DNA of 64,000 nt from Yuukianura sp. NJ FZ-2021 (lineage: Eukaryota): assembly GCA_046563655.1 (NCBI GenBank), contig CM102283.1:8928001-8992000 (forward strand), read 5' to 3'. Position numbers and translations under genes: made by a program. The stretch's first letter is position 1; each line of letters starts with the position of its first letter. The notes under the pieces were generated by a model. It saw nothing but the letters and a program-made list of their open reading frames with translations. It was not told where the DNA came from and ran no database searches. Of this stretch, positions 60,359-64,000 are shown piece after piece.

Positions 60359-60689
60359 TTAGCCCCTGGGGCCCCTGCTGCCCCTACTGCATTTGCCAAA
60401 CGATTCTATTCCTCCAGATCCTCCAGGTTTGCATTCACACTTACAAATTGAAATGCCGCCGGGTATTACCACGCACCTCCCACTTCTTCCAATACGAGAG
60501 CAGTATTTGTCACACTTTTTATTCAGATGAGAACATAGTCCTACGCCCGAGTCAGCTAGATTTAAAAAAAATTAATGCCGTTTTAGAGTTTTTTGAAACA
60601 CGCGTTTGTAAGTATCACTTACCAGAGATGGCGGTGATCAAAAGCAGAGAAAACAAGAATAGAATTGCCAAAAACTGTTGGTTGTTCAT
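60359..60689 (-). CDS. Divergent 8-Cys member of the peptide array, copy E (exons 60689-60623, 60555-60359)
   Basis: MNNQQFLAILFLFSLLLITAIS-ADSGVGLCSHLNKKCDKYCSRIGRSGRCVVIPGGISICKCECKPGGSGGIESFGKCSRGSRGPRG*, translated by hand; exon 2 is absent from the ORF track. Confidence 0.82.
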
Positions 60690-61202
60690 GATTTTGGAAC
60701 AAAAACTTTGGGTGTAAGTTGAAGAGGTTTCTACGCTTCCCTTGACGTTTCGAAAAAATGAAAAACTCGGTGGTAGGAATGACATTTCAATTGATAGCGA
60801 TTTCAATTTATATCAATCTTTATCTTTATTTGATTTTTTAGGAAGCCTGGCGAATTTTGAAGTATTGTTTGGTTTTCTAATTAATAATGTTTCATTTTTC
60901 CGCTCATCCGCTGACGCATGAAATTAGGTTAACGTACCCTATGTTAGCAAAAAAAATTTGCTAATTTTTGTCCTCTTCCTTGAAATGATAACTATGTTTA
61001 TTTATGTGCATCTAGAAATGAATTAGCTAGAAAATTAATTGAATTTGATGTCTTCAAGATTCCCATCGCAACGTCCCAACACACCAAAATTTACGAAACT
61101 ATGAAACTCGTTTTTTCTGAATCTGGAATTCAGTCGATACATTTCCGGTTTTATAAAAAACCGAATAATAGTTCCTTTTTCAGCATTTTTTGAAAACGAA
61201 AA

Positions 61203-64000
61203 ATGGCAGACAAAAAGTCTGTTCAATTTGTGGAGCCATCTAGCAGCGTAGAAGAAGTCGTCGTAGTGCCAAAGAAAGCCAAGAATGTTCCAAAGACGAC
61301 CAAGGTCAACGACCCTGTTGATGACCGTGTCACTCCTCCCCTCAGGCGGTCTCAGTCCGACGGAGAAATGTACTTGCGAGGTTCCAATCTTACGGCAGCA
61401 TCCAGCATCACTGCTAGGACAAACTGGATGCACTTGGTGGACCATATGAAAAAGAAGGCCAAAATACGCCGAACTGCACACGAACTTAGTTTTATCGACG
61501 CCGTCAAAAAAAGTAAAGCGGAGAGGAAGAAAGGAAAATGCGCTCAATGCAAAGTTTTGGCACGAAAACTGTCATGTCTTTTTCTGGGCCCAATGTTTTA
61601 CCGCCACAGATTTCGATTCATCATTTTCCTGGAAGTTTTCGCACCAGTTTTGATTTTCCTTTTCATTTCATGGGCGTTTACTTCTGGAGTTTCCTGGAAG
61701 AAGGCCTACAGTGAACGCAAAGCAACAAATGATCGTAAAATTTTCGAATTTACAAAATTTTAGCTCAAGTTTTTTCAAAATTTTGATCAGATCAATTTCA
61801 TTTTTTGCAGTACTTGCAAAACGAAGTGGAAGAGACTTCAGTACGGTTCCCACGGATGAAAGACTTTTGCTTCAAAAATTCAACGAAAAATTTGTAAATG
61901 GTGGACGCGTTTACATGGCTTTTGAACCGTTTAATGAATTCACAAGTGAAATTATGGATTCGACTCTCAAAATTTTGGGATTCGATCCACAAACTGTTCG
62001 AGTCATTTACGGCAACCCGCATTCGGCAATTGGAGCTGTAAAATTTCAAACTTTCAACGATCAAAAATTTTCAAAATTTTGATTTTTTTTTCGACTTTTC
62101 TGTTTTTAGTCTGGAATGGACGATGAATATGAAGTGCTTGAACACTCACTTTTGCACCGACTTGATCAGAAAACACACAAGAGTCCAGTGGGAATCGAAT
62201 TCACTTTGGGTGATATCGACCCTATTACGAAACTTCCGCACACTTTTAAATTTGTCATTCGAACTTTTGACAAAACCATTTCCGAAACACTCACATCTCA
62301 TCCTTATGTCCAACCTCCAAGAAAATTTGGAACTTGGTGTAAATTTTTACAAAATTCAAAAATTTCCACCAAATTTTGACTTTTTTGTGCCTTTCAGATC
62401 CACCTTACGTCGAAAGTGGTTTCATGGGGCTTCAAATTGCAATTCAAAGGGCGTATATAACCAAAATTCATGCAACTTTGTGTGCAAAACTTGACAAGAA
62501 AATTGAAAATTCCACTTTGTCATTTCTGGATAGGATGCCATTGTATGAACAACGAATTCAAATTGAAGATCCCGCCTTTCCAACTCCATCGTTCAAACTA
62601 CTCTTTACGCCAAACTATTTTGACTCTAACGTACGTCAACTCATTGCCGTCACAATTTGTCTCATTCTGTGCGTTTCTTATACCGCTCTGTCATATTTCA
62701 TCGTACGTCAAATTGTCATTGAGAACCAATCACGAATCAAGGTACAAAAAAATATGGCGGCAAAACAAGAACCAGCGAAATTTTGATTTAAACTTTGAAT
62801 TTCGTTTTTCAAATTTTCCGTTTTTCAGGATTTTTTGAGTCTACACAACATGGCCAAATATTTACACTGGATCGTGTACTTTTTCCACTCTTTTGTATTT
62901 CGAACAATTACGGCCATTGGAATAACAATCATTCTGTACATTGACTATGGAAATGGACCAATATTTTCACAATCCAATCCAGTCATTGTCTACATCATCA
63001 TCTTTCTACACTTGATGAGTCTATCTTCATTCAACTTCTTAATTGGAACATTTCTAACATCAGGTAATTTCAAAAAAGGAACTTTTTTGGGAAAAAAAAA
63101 TTTGAAAAAAATACACTTTTTGATTTTTGGTTTTAGTCACGTTCAGTGGAATTTTTTCCGTTTCGGTTTGTCTCTTCAGTTTCATCTTCCCGTACTGCCT
63201 CCAAAAAGTGAAACTTTTGTCCGAAACTGTCAATTTGATTCTGACTTTGGTTTTTCCAAATTGGGCTCTCTGGAATGCAATTTATGAAATTGTGGACTAC
63301 GAATGTGACGGTGATTACAAACAAAAAGAATTTCAAAAATTTGAGTTTTCAGTTTAAAAAAAATTGAGTTTTCAGTTTTAATGGTTTTGTGTTTTAGACG
63401 TTGGAGTCACTTGGACCAACTTCAAAATTTTGACAAACGAAAAAGTGCAACTGACTTACTTGCAGTGCATTTTTATTTTCATTGGTGGAAACATTGTTTA
63501 CTTTTGCTTAGCGATGATTCGTGATCTTGGATTTACGCGTGCTAAAAACCGAGAATTCAGTTGGTACGGATGTTGCCAGGTAGGAACAACAACAATGGTT
63601 GAGACAGTGTAACTTTTCGAAATTTTTGCTAACAAAATATAAAATTTTCAGAAAGTTCTTAAACGGCGTCACCTTAGACTTCCGCGACTCACTCGAAGTT
63701 CTGGAGCAGTTTCACCTGCTGCTCCTGCGCAATCGCAACCAGACCGCGTTGAAACTCCGTTGGTTTATGAACAACCAGATTCCTCCAGACCAGTTTTGGC
63801 ACGAATCAGAAACTTAAGTAAAAATTTCAGTCAGTACAAACTGGCACTGGACAACATCAACTTGGACATCATGACGGTAAGGTACTATTTTCAAAAAAGA
63901 AAACTTCGAAATTCAAAATTTTCATATTTTAGGGTGAAATTATGATCATTTTGGGACACTGTGATTCTGGAAAATCAACTTTGCTGCAATCTTTGGCTGG
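61203..64000 (+). CDS. ABCA-family transporter, divergent, 5' part only
   Basis: IFLEVFAPVLIF, PPYVESGFMGLQIAIQRAY, IVIENQSRIK...LHWIVYF, IRNLSKNF...ALDNINLDI, and P-loop ILGHCDSGKSTLL at the window edge. Confidence 0.85.

Noticed and set aside
63940-64000. ABCA Walker A GHCDSGKST as evidence of a dead ATPase
   Set aside because: GxxxxGKS is intact and the rest of the domain is outside the window.

Overview
Gene-dense, AT-rich eukaryotic DNA with many short GT-AG introns. Gene content points to an arthropod, possibly a springtail-like hexapod (inference only). Left to right: a moody/Tre1-type GPCR (minus strand, runs off the left edge) whose 8.5-kb first intron hosts an antisense secreted Cys-rich gene; ALG13; an orphan gene; and one co-oriented replication-dependent histone cluster (H3-H1-H4-H2A-H2B) followed directly by a 5S rRNA gene. 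Its H4 is split by a young, internally deleted BEL/Pao LTR retrotransposon and is flanked by two copies of an 8-bp-TSD inverted-repeat DNA element. Next come mitochondrial ACP, a SEC14-like gene, an ABCC/MRP1 transporter, a large Mab-21-like protein, a divergent tetraspanin, a GlpQ-type phosphodiesterase (horizontal-transfer candidate), a secreted mucin-like gene and a Cys/Pro-rich orphan. The window ends with five tandem two-exon genes for secreted defensin-like peptides with an unusual 10-Cys frame, then the 5' part of an ABCA transporter. The peptide array and the TE-invaded histone/5S cluster are the most notable items. Exon boundaries were read by hand and family names come from remembered motifs, not database searches.
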